64,000 bases of DNA, taken from positions 6,510,001-6,574,000 of the forward strand of contig OZ249438.1 of the NCBI GenBank assembly GCA_965235115.1, written 5' to 3'. This document shows positions 1 to 11,418 of this stretch, piece by piece. The notes below the pieces were generated by a model. That model was not told the origin of the DNA. It did no database searches and saw only the letters and a program-made list of their open reading frames with translations. The stretch is from Laetmonice hystrix. Its lineage: Eukaryota. How positions within the stretch are numbered: the stretch's first letter is position 1; each line of letters starts with the position of its first letter. The position numbers and the translations under genes were made by a program.

Positions 1-207
1 ATGCAGCTCAACATATGTACCAAAGTTTGTTTATAGATGGGGGATATTAGAGTGTCTCAAACCCGTCCAGTGTCACGGGTGTCGCCGTGCCATAGGCTGG
101 GCCGCTTGGGTGATTTCATACTGGCACACCGCCTCCCGTCTGCACCCCCGCCCCCAGTCAGGATTTCAGGAAATTTTACAGCTCTCTGCTAGCCACTTTG
201 ATCCATG
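1..207. mobile_element. Internally deleted fragment of the hAT-like non-autonomous element found at 53991-55380
   Basis: 1-100 matches about 54218-54325; 130-207 matches 55321-55380, including a degenerate right TIR (AGCCACTTTGATCCATG vs GGCCACTTTCATCCCTG). Confidence 0.75.
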
Positions 208-410
208 ATCATGTAGCAGTGGGTGTTGGTGATGACACAATGTCTGATGTGGTGTGGTGTTGCCTCCTATAACAGCGTGATGTTTACGAAAATGTCTTAG
301 AAACTTTGCAGGACAAATGGAGATTGTGGGCACATGAAAATAAAATAATGTTTTGCTTTGCATGAATAATAGTGTCCTAATTTCGATTGGCACATGTTCT
401 CATGGCATGT

Positions 411-870
411 CAGCCCTCGACATTAAGCATTAATCACTGGCCCGGCCCGTTTTTTCATGTGCCGGGCCAGTCCGGGCCAGTAACTTTTGTAAATCACTGG
501 CCCGACCGGGCCAGTTACTTTTGTGAATCTGTCTCACGATGAAATACTTTCCAAATGCTCACCAAATACTTTCACAATCGCGATTTTTAGCCGTAGTACC
601 AGTACCTTCTCTGCTCCAGCCATTTTCACTGAGGTCGTAGTAATGTCAAACGCATGCATTAAAAATTCAGCCATGATTCTGCCATGATTCACTGGACTAG
701 ACGCTCACTCTTTTTGTGCCACGCTCTTGTGATGATCTTGTCGTCTGCTACAAGGACACGCAGGAAAGGACCCCACACCTGGGCCAGTGGACCAATTACC
801 TGGGCCAGTAACTTTCCTTTTCTACTGGCCCTGTGGGCCAGTACATCAAAATGATTAATGTTGAGGGCTG
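411..870. mobile_element. MITE with 21-bp TIRs and a 5-bp TSD (hAT-like CAG terminus)
   Basis: Left CAGCCCTCGACATTAAGCATT vs reverse complement of right CAGCCCTCAACATTAATCATT (19/21). CATGT at 406-410 and 871-875. Internal ACTGGCCC/GGGCCAGT palindromic repeats. Confidence 0.85.
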
Positions 871-1023
871 CATGTTTTAAATCAAGAAGATGGCATTGGA
901 AGTCTGTAGAGATCCTGGCATTTTCTTTGGGAAAAAAACCCAACTCTTTGTCTGAAACCAAGGATATTCTGAACTCCAAAATGACGAAATTTACAGGGTG
1001 TTTCACCTTTCTTTATGTTTCAG

Positions 1024-1201
1024 ATACAGTGAGTAATTCTTCAGAGACCACGACGGTGGACGGTATTAAACAAGACGAGATTAAGGAATTCGCTAAGCAG
1101 TTCAAGATCCGGCGGTTGTCACTTGGTTTGACGCAGACTCAGGTGGGTCAAGCACTCAGCGCCACCGAGGGGCCTAGCTACAGCCAGACAACTATCTGCC
1201 G
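1024..1201 (+). CDS. pou6: POU6-class transcription factor, exon encoding the N-terminal part of the POU-specific domain
   Basis: [42 protein letters not shown] closely follows POU6F1/F2. Acceptor tttcag at 1023; donor gtgagt at 1202, phase 2. Confidence 0.93.
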
Positions 1202-1502
1202 GTGAGTGACAATACTAATGAACCTCATGAAACACACACATGTGAAAAACTCAGAAATTTAGTCATGAGTCGTTCATGAAACATAGCAGAAAGAAATAGC
1301 ATAAAAATATGATAGATTAGTATTGTACATTATCATGCATTTGATTTAGGTTTTTAAATCTTAGAATTGATCATTGATTAGGGTTATGGGAATGGAGAAT
1401 TGTGTATGAAATGAGCACCTTGTTATATTATAACTAAGCCAGTTACATAAAGCAGGCCTTACGAGGGTTACAATAACCAAATGACCATGCTGCTGTGGAT
1501 AG

Positions 1503-1717
1503 GTTTGAAAAACTGGAGGTCATGTCAAAGAGTGCACAGAAGTTGAAGCCAGTGATGGACAGCTGGATGGGTGAGGCCGAGGAAGAGTACAAGAATGGTG
1601 TTAAGAATCTCACCGACTTCATCAGCGGTGAACCATCCAAGCGCAAGAGAACGTCGTTCATGCCGCAAGAGTTGGAAGTTTTGAATGAGCATTTTGAACG
1701 GAATAAGCATCCCTCAG
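1503..1717 (+). CDS. pou6: POU6-class exon: end of POU-specific domain, linker, start of homeodomain
   Basis: FEKLEVMSKSAQKLKPVMDSW...NLTDFISGEPSKRKRTSF...HFERNKHPS. AG at 1501-1502 completes CG|G (Arg); donor gtaaga at 1718, phase 1. Confidence 0.93.
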
Positions 1718-2930
1718 GTAAGATCTGGGGCCTAGCTTTCTACATGTCCGACTGAAACTATTTGTACTGCACACTTTTTCTCCTTCATTTTGTTATTTTA
1801 TTTTAAAAAGAATCATTTGTCTGGGCATAGTCATGAAGAGGATGTGCCACTGCAGTCAGAAAGCTTCCAATTTTCCGAGTTTATTGCATTCTGCTAGATG
1901 CCAAACCTTGTGACGTAAATTAGTTAAAGCAGTGGTCTACTCCCGAATTTGCCAATTCACACTGGTTCTGTCTTATCCCAACTAAAGGGAAACATGTATT
2001 CTTACCAAATTTACCCCAAAGCCATCTATTTACTCGTGATTCTTGCGAAATGAGCAAACCTGCACCCCTTGATCGGCTCTGAAAAACACGGCACACACTT
2101 ATACATCTATACAAGTATTCCCCACACTGTAAGGTCTCTACAGATCTATGTCTTTCTTTTGGTGAGACTGCTTATAGTTATGAATACAGTGAGCTTTGTT
2201 TGGAAATTTAAAAGTTCTTAAAAGTTTACCGTGATGTTTAAAAAGGTAAATTATAATGCTATAATATTCTGAGAATATCTACTGACCTTTTTAGTTTCTG
2301 CTTCTGTAATATTTTAATGCATCTTTCGATAAAACGAGAGCTTGACAGCAAAATAGTGGAGTCTACTTTTATTTAGGGGCAATTTCTTTCTGAAAATATA
2401 TCTAAATTGGTTTTAGTTTTCAAAATGTCATAAAGTCGTATCAGTTTGGGAAAAACGGGCTAAGGAGAAAGACTTTTGTGTCGCAAGAAGACCCAGAATT
2501 GGACTCTTCTTTCTGAGGTCGGTTCTGGTGATGTTTTGAAGGTCAGAAAAGTTTGTCAGACTCTGCAGCGGTAGACAAAGCATGGAGAGACGGTCACAAA
2601 GATCACTTTGTTAACCACTGTGGTTTAAAGTTTATAGGAAAAAGAGAAAAAGAAAATTTTATAGTTAATGCTGATATCTGCACACAATGCAGGCTTGTTA
2701 TTAAAAACTTTATTTTTAATTTTTGAAGTGATTTTTTCTGAGATTGTGGTGATAAAAACCCCCGAAGGGTTATCCCAATGTCACTGGAGATCTCCTGACT
2801 AACATCACATTCTTGGGTTGGAATGAAATGGGGGGGGGGGGGTGGAAATACAGAATAGACAAATATCATCTTACTACTAGGGGACTGTGAAAGCTCTAAT
2901 ATCACAATATTTGCTTTTCATTTCTTGCAG

Positions 2931-3037
2931 GAGCTGAAATAACAGAGCTGTCAGACAAGCTGAATTATGACCGAGAGGCCATTCAAGTCTGGTTCTGCAA
3001 CAAGCGCCAAGCTGTCCAGACCACCAAAAGGCTTAAG
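2931..3037 (+). CDS. pou6: POU6-class exon: homeodomain helices 2-3
   Basis: After tttcttgcag: (G)AEITELSDKLNYDREAIQVWFCNKRQAVQTTKRLK, containing the POU WFCN motif. Candidate phase-0 donor gtatgg at 3038; without splicing the frame stops at 3079. Confidence 0.92.
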
Positions 3038-3121
3038 GTATGGCTAAGCAAAGTGTTCATGTTTACAGCCAAATTTTGATCAATTTAATGTATTTATGAC
3101 AAAAAAACAAGGTTTATTGAA

Positions 3122-3235
3122 CAGGGATGCCAATCTTCTGTGGAAGCATGGAAATCTGCATTTTTTTGTCCTTGGACCCCCTACTGCAATTTATGATTGT
3201 TTTGCTGTTTTGGTGACTTGCTGTTGGCATCCCTG
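3122..3235. mobile_element. Small MITE-like remnant
   Basis: Perfect 12-bp TIR CAGGGATGCCAA...TTGGCATCCCTG; no TSD recognised. Confidence 0.5.
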
Positions 3236-5045
3236 AATAGACCTGATTCATGATGACGTCATAACTTGGGAAAGCCCATTTTTACGGAAAGCATGCTGTG
3301 ATTGATTGAGGAATGCATAGGCAATAACTGAGCATCAATTGTGGACGTTCCCATACAGATGCCTGGCTTTGATGCTCTGAGCCGTGTTATCGGTATATCC
3401 CCGTGGTAACTTAACCCCCACCAAATTTGGTTAGAAGTAAAGATCTATAGTTCTGACCTTATCCCAAACCCCTACCCCTCCTAAAATCATATCCCTATCC
3501 TATCCCTAGCCTTAACCAGAACCCCTACTCATAAATTTGTCTATAAGTTACCTGTCAGTGGATATTCAAAAAGCCATCGACTTCAGTATTATAATGCAGC
3601 AGAGTAGATCTACCCTCCTCCCAGAACATGGAAAAATTATTGCCTATGGCACCAGATAAGTAAATGAATGGAACGCACAGTTTGGATGTTTTCCTGACCC
3701 AGCCGCCAGGCTACCGACAAGTCTTGTCACCAGTCACAAGATTTATCTTCAGGAAAGAAATCAAAACTAACAAGAGACAAGTGTGTACGTTATTGTGTTG
3801 TGTGTACATTATGTATGTTATTGTGTTTTGTTTTGTTTAACGGGCTATGGGTTGGGAGGTGTGTTTTGTGAGAATATATGTGTATCTGTAGGGGTGTCTT
3901 GTCTTGGAAAATAAAAAATATTATAAAAAAAACAAAAACAAGAGACAAGTCACTTAAAATGGCGTGACAGTTCGAAATGCAACAGTTTTTCGGCACTAGT
4001 GTAAATTAACGGTGGAATTTGGTGTGGCAATCGGTTCGGGCATAAAACAGTCAATCCCATCATGCTATACGAGGAAATTCTGTGACGTCATTATGAAATA
4101 TAGGTCTATGGAGGCCTGTACTTCCCCCAAAATATGGACGGTTTTGTCCTATTTCGTGGAAGACAAGGCCATAAATAGCCATAATTATCCCATCCCCCAA
4201 GTGGGGGATGGGATCTTGAAATTGTCTGGTTTCGTCTTCCCTATTATTATTATTATACGCGTTGTAGTTGTAGTAGGTAGTAGTTAACAATGGTCGATTT
4301 CTCAGTCGTTTCTTAAGGTATCGTAATGAAACTTGGTGGGACCCTTGCTCATGAGCATAGTAACTCATTTTTATATGCATGACGTCATATGACGTAACGT
4401 CAGAGAGTTATGACGTCATCAATAGTTGGGGGAAAATACCTTATTTCTAGAGTCCTTGAAGGAGCAGAACAAAATTTATTCATATCGGGGACCTTATCAC
4501 TTAAGTGCCTATAACTTTGTTACTACATTTGACCCCTGACCTTTAACCTTCTTGAGATGTAAGTCATATGTCAAAAAGTGACAAAATTGTTTCACGCCCC
4601 ACATTTTTGGTCAAATCGACCCCAAATTGATTTCAGGAAATCTCAATGGGGGCCTTCAATGGGGTCCGTGTGGATAAAGCGCTGTGACCTATTTTAAGGG
4701 TACCACGTGGCATTAAAGTTGGGGTCATGGCCGTTTTCAGAAACAATTGGCTGTAACTTCTAAACGGTGAAAGATGGAGCCTTGGTTACTATTGAACATG
4801 AATAGGAAGTCATATATGCTCTTTATTATATAATTTTTTTAGGTCACGTGACTATTTTTAAAAATTAGGGGGGAAAAATAAAAAAAGGGAAAAACATGCC
4901 GGGACCTCTCCACTGCGAGTCGAACACTCTTGACCATCGCCACACAATTCTGACATGTGATTACAGGATTGAACTGGTACTGATTACCAAAGGATATTTT
5001 GTAATTGCATTCAAATAGACCAATCCAAGATTTTTTAATAGGTTA

Positions 5046-5400
5046 ACTGTCTGTGACACCAAGATGGCTTCTCTAAAATCAATAGTTTTTATGCTATGGC
5101 CCCTCAAAGTTGACCCTTTTAGGTTATTTTCAATCAAAGTTCAATGATATCTCAAAACGATTAAATATATGAATGTCTGGTTTTCTCCATGGGGGATAGG
5201 ATACAAAATTGAACCATTTGACCCGAATTTTAAAAATCCAAGATGGCGGCCAAGTTGACCTAATTTGCGATTTCAGCACCATTGGATTGGGTAATAGGTC
5301 AACTGTCTGTGACACCAAGATGGCTTCCCTAAAATCAATAGTTTCAATGCTATGGCCCCTTAAAGTTGGCCTCTTTAGGCCATTATCAATGTCGGGTTTT
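5046..5400. repeat. Local duplication, period about 256 bp
   Basis: AACTGTCTGTGACACCAAGATGGCTTC..AAAATCAATAGTTT..ATGCTATGGCCCCT occurs near 5046 and near 5301. Confidence 0.6.
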
Positions 5401-6419
5401 AACCATTGGAGTTAGGATGGAAAACTGCACCCATTTTCCCCGAATTTGACAAATCCAAGATGGCGGCCAAGTCATGTATGCTCTTTCAAGTGACACCAAG
5501 ATTTATGACATAGCGTCATGTCATACGTCACACTAGCATTAATCTCCGCCCACTGCACATATTTGGTGAGCACTGAGAGATAAATCGCCAATGAGTGGTG
5601 GGAATCTGAGAGGTGGCTTGGCACGACAGTTTCCCAGTGTGCACTGCATCAGGTTTCATATCGTGTTGACAAGTGATGATAACCAGGGGAATGGGATCCC
5701 TGTATTGCTTCAGCAATCAGTGTTTCTAGTTAACCATGAAATGGTGGCCGGCTTGTCCCTAGTGCTCCACACACCATTCGATTGCATTTGTTGTCCTCAA
5801 GCTGGCAGTATTCATCATGTGAAGAGCACTTCCTGTATGCAAATGAGGCCGAAGTGGCCACCAGAATGAGGTTCAGTAGTTTCTGTATGGTTCGGTTACT
5901 CTGCCACTGTGTCCGAGCGCCAGTATTGATGCTGTAAGGTTGATATGACAAGGGACAGGGGTGACTTCAAACGTAGGTGACTGGTATAATATTGCACCAG
6001 GTGGCGCAAATGAGCATGACACTGAAACACGAGGGTCAGCTTTGGCTGGATACTGCATTCCCTCACTTCCTTGGATGAAACCTAGGCGAAATTATTATAA
6101 CATTTTACTGGGCACTGCCTCAAGACTGTATAGCCGAGTCCTTCACCCATTGTGGTCAAGTCCCTTTAGTAATGGTAAGCACCATGTTACTTTATTACTT
6201 GATGACTTGTTAGCCCCCAACCCCTCCAGGGGGCTTCTCCTTTACACTTCGTCTGTACGTCCATATGGCACGTCTGTCCCTCTGTCCGTCCGTCCGTCCA
6301 TCCGTCCGTGGACAGCGATATCTCAAAAACACGTGATCCAAACCTTTTCATATTTTAACACAAGATCACCTGTGTATCACTGAGAAATATCTTTTGAAAT
6401 TGCATTCTTTATGCTTTTC

Positions 6420-6845
6420 ACTATGTCTGCACAACTATATGTCTGGCATGATTGTTTTGACTCGATGCAGGATTGGTCATTCTAGATTAACCCACGTGTT
6501 TTTATTGAAGGGGGAGCCACCTCCAGAATGTCATGGCTGTCAATGTCCTTTGAGACTGAAGCATCTTTTACTTGAGTGTGGTGATTTTACTCTGATCAGA
6601 CAACGGTTTTATAATGAGACAAGTCTTAAGGATTTTTTAGCAATATCAGACCAGGAATGATTTTAGAGTTTTTGTCAGAGGCTGGACTTCTGACTCTTTT
6701 ATGGTGTGTTGGTGGTGTTCCCGTTGGGACCCGGGATAAAATAGGTTCCTTTGGTTTTATGGTCTTTTAACTCTGTTTTCGCCGTGAAGATGGCCCCGGA
6801 TGCCGACTAGGCACAAAACCACCACTACTCACTCACTCACTCACT
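6420..6845 (+). mobile_element. 3' fragment of an I-group-like non-LTR retrotransposon
   Basis: LTRCRIGHSRLTH...PPECHGC...LKHLLLEC is the C-terminal CCHC motif. 3' UTR ends in an (ACTC)n tail; the same 3' end recurs at 44595-44716. Confidence 0.8.
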
Positions 6846-7055
6846 GGCATGATTTTTAGGTTGCATGGGATGTATAAAGGAGATTGTTGGGTTCTTCTCC
6901 GCGCATACACACTTTGTAATCTCTCATAGGGAAGAAAGCAAAGCTGCTGAATCCTCAATGGCTTTTATGTCATCCTCATTTAGAGTAACAATGTCCTTAA
7001 AGTTTTTTCTTACTTCTGGACTCATGTACAGGCAGCAATAACTGCAGGTTGCAGT

Positions 7056-7300
7056 TCAAGGAATTTCTTTGGATCTATGAAAGAAACCCACAATTTTGAA
7101 AACCTGAGCACAAACACGAATTATCTGTTTTACTTGAAGCCGGTTCTGGGTTGCCAAGTTCAGGGTATGGGCAAAGCAGCCCAAATGTAACGCTATGCCT
7201 GCCTCTCTTGCTGCTATCCCCATATTTGATGCATTGTTTCTCAGCCTTGACATTCCCTTCTATGTCCCACTCTTTCATACTCTCCTTGAGCACTTGCCCT
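7056..7300 (-). pseudogene. hAT (ZBED-like) transposase remnant
   Basis: Frameshifted LKESMKEWDI.. / NASNM..AR..HLGCFAHTLNL..VGFFHRS, containing the hAT CxxH motif. Confidence 0.75.
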
Positions 7301-8441
7301 ATATATTGGGTGGGCCCAAAAAATTTGGAACACTCTTCCCAATGTCATGATGTTTTGCACATGATATCATCTGGTTATTTGGAGCCTGTGGTACAAATTT
7401 CACATAAATCGGTCAATATGTCTACAAATAGGGCCATTTTTAAAAATTCGTGTCAAAAATTGCAGTGCCGGACCAGGGTCATTGGCGTGATGCCGCACGT
7501 CTTTTAAGCGGGAAACTGCCCTAAAAAACTGAGTCCCGTCACGTTGAACGACCCAGTTTCCCTGGCGTGCCTCAATTAAGGCAGGGTTGTTGCCACTGTG
7601 TCTGAAATGACGTGACGTCAAATGACATTATGTATGAAATGCCCCCTGCCAAAAACTGGTGGCCGGTCCACACTTAAACGCCATGGATTACACCATTTGT
7701 GATTCTCTGTCTGGAAAAGTCTGTAAAGGTCGCAAACAAAAATTCGCCGAGAATGAACTAAAGAAGAAAATTCAGGAAAAGTGGGAGGGAATTACTCTAG
7801 AAGAAGGAAGTCAATCGGGATATTCAAAAAGAGACTAAAGGCTGTGTGTGAACACTGAAGGGGTCACATCGGTCACCTTTGAAACCAACTGAAATAGGTA
7901 GGTGAGAGTTACACGGCTCTCCGGCATTGCATTTTTCGACATATCCTGTTTGATTTGTTCCACATAAAGAGTTTTTGGCCTAGCGGTCTGAAATTTTCAC
8001 CACAAAATGCTATTAACCATATAACATGATACCCTAAATATCAGTCACAAACTATGCAAACTAGAAGCTATACTCAAGTAAAGAGTGTTCCAGACACAGC
8101 GGGACCAACTCTGCTGAGGATGTCTGGTCCAGCATTGCAATTTTTGAAATGCAGTTTTTAAAATGACCCTATTTTTAGATGTTTTGACCTCAAAGATTAA
8201 ACGCATTAGATTTCACACTATCTTTGGGGATATTTTCCAATATCTTTTCACAATAGTCCTTTGCATCCTACGGCTGCATAATACATTTGAATTTTTTGTT
8301 CCATTTCCTTAATGTGTAAATACACAGGAAGTTGTGGAAACACAAACACTGGTTGACACCTCTGCTTTAGAAACTTCCTGTCTATAATTTAGTATAGGTC
8401 TAGGTTATTGCCTGTTGATAATGAAGTTTTCTTGTTTTTAG

Positions 8442-10661
8442 ACCTCAACTGCAATAACAGCTAGAAAGGGGAGTCAAACGCCAGGGAGGCAACAGTATAA
8501 TATTAAAGATGATCATCGCCTTCTCAAACCAACCCAGGCAAAACAACAGCAAATATCTTCAAGGGAAATGACCACCTCTATTGTATCTACATCCACTGGA
8601 AGAAGCTCTGCTAAAACGTATGAAAAATTTATAGAAGACATTCCAGGAATCAGCTGCGAAGGAATAAGTATGGTAGAGCGAATCAGTCTCTATCAGGCGT
8701 ACCTAGAGGATCTGGATTCTACCTCCAAATGGAAATCTTCAGTCACACAGGTAGCTAAGGATAGAAGATCAGGCTCCATGGGAAAAAGTAGTACAGTCAG
8801 TAAAACAGTGAATGTTCAACTTGGGACTGTCGGTGAACTGCGTGAACCATTACCTGCAACTGTAGAAAGAGGGCGTGGTGAACGGCAACCTGTCGGTGAA
8901 CTACGTGAACCATTACATGCAAGTGTAGAGGGAAGGCATAGTGAACGGCAACCTGTCAGTAATCTGTGTGAACCATTACGTGCAAGTGTAGAGGGAAGGC
9001 ATAGTGAACGGCAACCTGTCGGTGAACTGTGTGAACCATTACGTGCAAGTGTAGAGGGAAGGCATAGTGAACGGCAACCTGTCGGTGAACTGCGTGAACC
9101 ATTACGTGCAAGTGTAGAGGGAAGGCATAGTGAACGGCAACCTGTCGGTGAACTGTGTGAACCATTACGTGCAAGTGTAGAGGGAAGGCGTAGTGAACAG
9201 CAACCTGTTGGTGAACTGCGTGAACCATTACGTGCAAGTGTAGAAAGAGGGCGTGGTGAACGGCAACCTGTCGGTAATCTGTGTGAACCATTACGTGCAA
9301 GTGTAGAGGGAAGGCATAGTGAACGGCAACCTGTCGGTAATCTGTGTGAACCATTACGTGCAAGTGTAGAGGGAAGGCATAGTGAACGGCAACCTGTCGG
9401 TAATCTGTGTGAACCATTACGTGCAAGTGTAGAGGGAAGGCCTGGTGGACGGCAACCTGTCGGTGAACTGTGTGAACCATTACGTGCAAGTGTAGAAAGA
9501 GGGCGTGGTGAACGGCAACCTGTCGGTAATCTGTGTGAACCATTACGTGCAAGTGTAGAGGGAAGGCATAGTGAACGGCAACCTGTCGGTGAACTGCGTG
9601 AACCATTACGTGCAAGTGTAGAAAGAGGGCGTGGTGAACGGCAACCTGTCGGTAATCTGTGTGAACCATTACGTGCAAGTGTAGAGGGAAGGCGTGGTGA
9701 ACGGCAACCTGTCGGTAATCTGTGTGAACCATCACGTGCAAGTGTAGAGGGAAGGCGTGGTGAACGGCAACCTGTCGGTAATCTGTGTGAACCATTACGT
9801 GCAAGTGTAGAGGGAAGGCATAGTGAACGGCAACCTGTCGGTAATCTGTGTGAACCATTACGTGCAAGTGTAGAGGGAAGGCCTGGTGGACGGCAACCTG
9901 TCGGTGAACTGTGTGAACCATTACGTGCAAGTGTAGAGGGAAGGCATAGTGGACGGCAACCTGTCGGTGAACTGTGTGAACCATTACGTGCAAGTGTAGA
10001 AAGAGGGCGTGGTGAACAGCAAACGAGAGTTGATGAGGATAATAGTGACGGAAACCCTGGTGACAAGGATGGAAGTGAAGATGATGGTATTGAAGTGGAT
10101 TCAGATTTGGGTCTCCCTGAAGATGATGAGAGTGACTCGACAGGCAGGTCACTTATTTTGATTGGTACAGAGGAATGGACTGTGTTTAAATCTCCTGATA
10201 TAGATAGTAGTTCAAAGACTTTTAGTAAAAATCTTCCCTCAGAAGCCAAATCACATGAAAAACAAAGTTGCAAAAGGAAAGCTTATAGTGTCAAAAGACC
10301 TAAAAGTTCAATGGACCTTGCCCCAAAAGGCTTTACTTCACACACAGAAAAACCTGCGGAACAATCTGCCCCCAAACTACCAAGCATGCATTCTGTTATA
10401 AGTTTAAGTTCAGACAGTGAATCGGAGGCTGTAGATGATGACTTGAGCATTGTCTCATGTGACTTACCTAAGGAGCGTCCCAAATGCTGCCGGTGTGGAA
10501 GGTTGAAGCTGCTGTTTAAACCATTCAAGTGTGATTCAACAAATACTTCCAGTATTAACAACACAGGACATCAGTCATGTAATAGTCATGACACACCTCA
10601 AAGGCACGCACACCAGAACCCGCTAAAACATGGCACGGTGATCGACCTTACCATTGATTAA
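8442..10661 (+). CDS. Large putative terminal exon (740 codons): 21-aa tandem repeats, acidic/Ser region, SIM-like motifs; probable C-terminal extension of the POU6 protein
   Basis: Acceptor cttgtttttag at 8441 is phase 0 and in frame with ORF 8568-10661 (126 nt upstream). The frame is closed by TAG exactly at the acceptor. Phase matches the POU donor at 3038. ATTAAA near 10677. Confidence 0.65.
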   Translation, partial: TSTAITARKGSQTPGRQQYNIKDDHRLLKPTQAKQQQISSREMTTSIVSTSTGRSSAKTYEKFIEDIPGISCEGISMVERISLYQAYLEDLDSTSKWKSSVTQVAKDRRSGSMGKSSTVSKTVNVQLGTVGELREPLPATVERGRGERQPVGELREPLHASVEGRHSERQPVSNLCEPLRASVEGRHSERQPVGELCEPLRASVEGRHSERQPVGELREPLRASVEGRHSERQPVGELCEPLRASVEGRRSEQQPVGELREPLRASVERGRGERQPVGNLCEPLRASVEGRHSERQPVGNLCEPLRASVEGRHSERQPVGNLCEPLRASVEGRPGGRQPVGELCEPLRASVERGRGERQPVGNLCEPLRASVEGRHSERQPVGELREPLRASVERGRGERQPVGNLCEPLRASVEGRRGERQPVGNLCEPSRASVEGRRGERQPVGNLCEPLRASVEGRHSERQPVGNLCEPLRASVEGRPGGRQPVGELCEPLRASVEGRHSGRQPVGELCEPLRASVERGRGEQQTRVDEDNSDGNPGDKDGSEDDGIEVDSDLGLPEDDESDSTGRSLILIGTEEWTVFKSPDIDSSSKTFSKNLPSEAKSHEKQSCKRKAYSVKRPKSSMDLAPKGFTSHTEKPAEQSAPKLPSMHSVISLSSDSESEAVDDDLSIVSCDLPKERPKCCRCGRLKLLFKPFKCDSTNTSSINNTGHQSCNSHDTPQRHAHQNPLKHGTVIDLTID
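8829..10025 (+). repeat. Coding tandem repeat, 19 x 63 bp (VGELCEPLRASVEGRHSERQP)
   Basis: Units counted from the translation; all are 63 bp with no frameshift. Confidence 0.95.
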
Positions 10662-10989
10662 TGACACCAGTATATCATTAAATTGAAGAAGTGCTATTCT
10701 TTTATGGTATTAGGTATTATATTTATTCACTTATGAAATACTCTGATAAAAATTTGGTGTTTCAATGATTCTTCGGCGCAATTCATGTGGTAAATGACAC
10801 CAAGATCTTGCTGGTAAAGTAACATGCATCATGCCTTACATAAAATGTAAGCCACAATTTTATAAAGTTTAATCCATGAAAAAAATGAAGGTAGTGTTAT
10901 TATGGTGTGTTAAAAACATATATAATCTGGAGAGATGTTGCATGCAGTGCACATGAAGGCATGAAGGAGTTTTTTTTAAATTTTAAAGC

Positions 10990-11418
10990 AATCACCGAGG
11001 ATCTCTCAATTCAGTGACTCCAACGAGGTTGGTGACTCCAAAATTATGAGGACATGGGCTGTTAGGTTAGACTACATAAACCAATAAGTGTATACCCACA
11101 GAAATAGAGAAATCTAATGAAATTCAACATTTCAGTTGACTGTCGTCGCCATGAAGCGAACGGCTCATGGCTGGTTGTTGAGATTCATCAGTTCATTGCC
11201 CAATGAATTTCACTTGCTGTTCAAGTTAATGCCAGGTCTACGATTTTGTCAACACCCAGCGCTAAGGAGGTCTCTTCATAGCGACAACAGGCAACTGGTA
11301 TGTTGATTTTCCTTAGATTTCTCCATTTCTGTGGGTATTATTGATTTATGTAGTCTAAGTTCTTATATAACCTAACGGCACATTTTGGAGTCACTAAATT
11401 GAGAGATACTTGGTGATT
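10990..11418. mobile_element. Fold-back MITE with long imperfect TIRs
   Basis: ATCACCGAGGATCTCTCAATTCAGTGACTCCAA vs inverted TTGGAGTCACTAAATTGAGAGATACTTGGTGAT; inverted similarity continues about 100 bp inward. Confidence 0.7.

Noticed and set aside
858-1023. ORF-track start of the POU protein at 858
   Set aside because: Begins at a TTG inside a MITE end and crosses a strong acceptor; the real upstream exons probably lie before the window.
5540-6060. Cluster of short ORFs in GC-balanced sequence
   Set aside because: May be a decayed TE, but I recognised no domain motif in any frame.
8816-10273. Long minus-strand ORFs (485 aa; 398 aa His/Val-rich)
   Set aside because: Antisense shadows of a 63-bp repeat that lacks stops in those frames; only the + frame has splice signals and a conserved duplicate.
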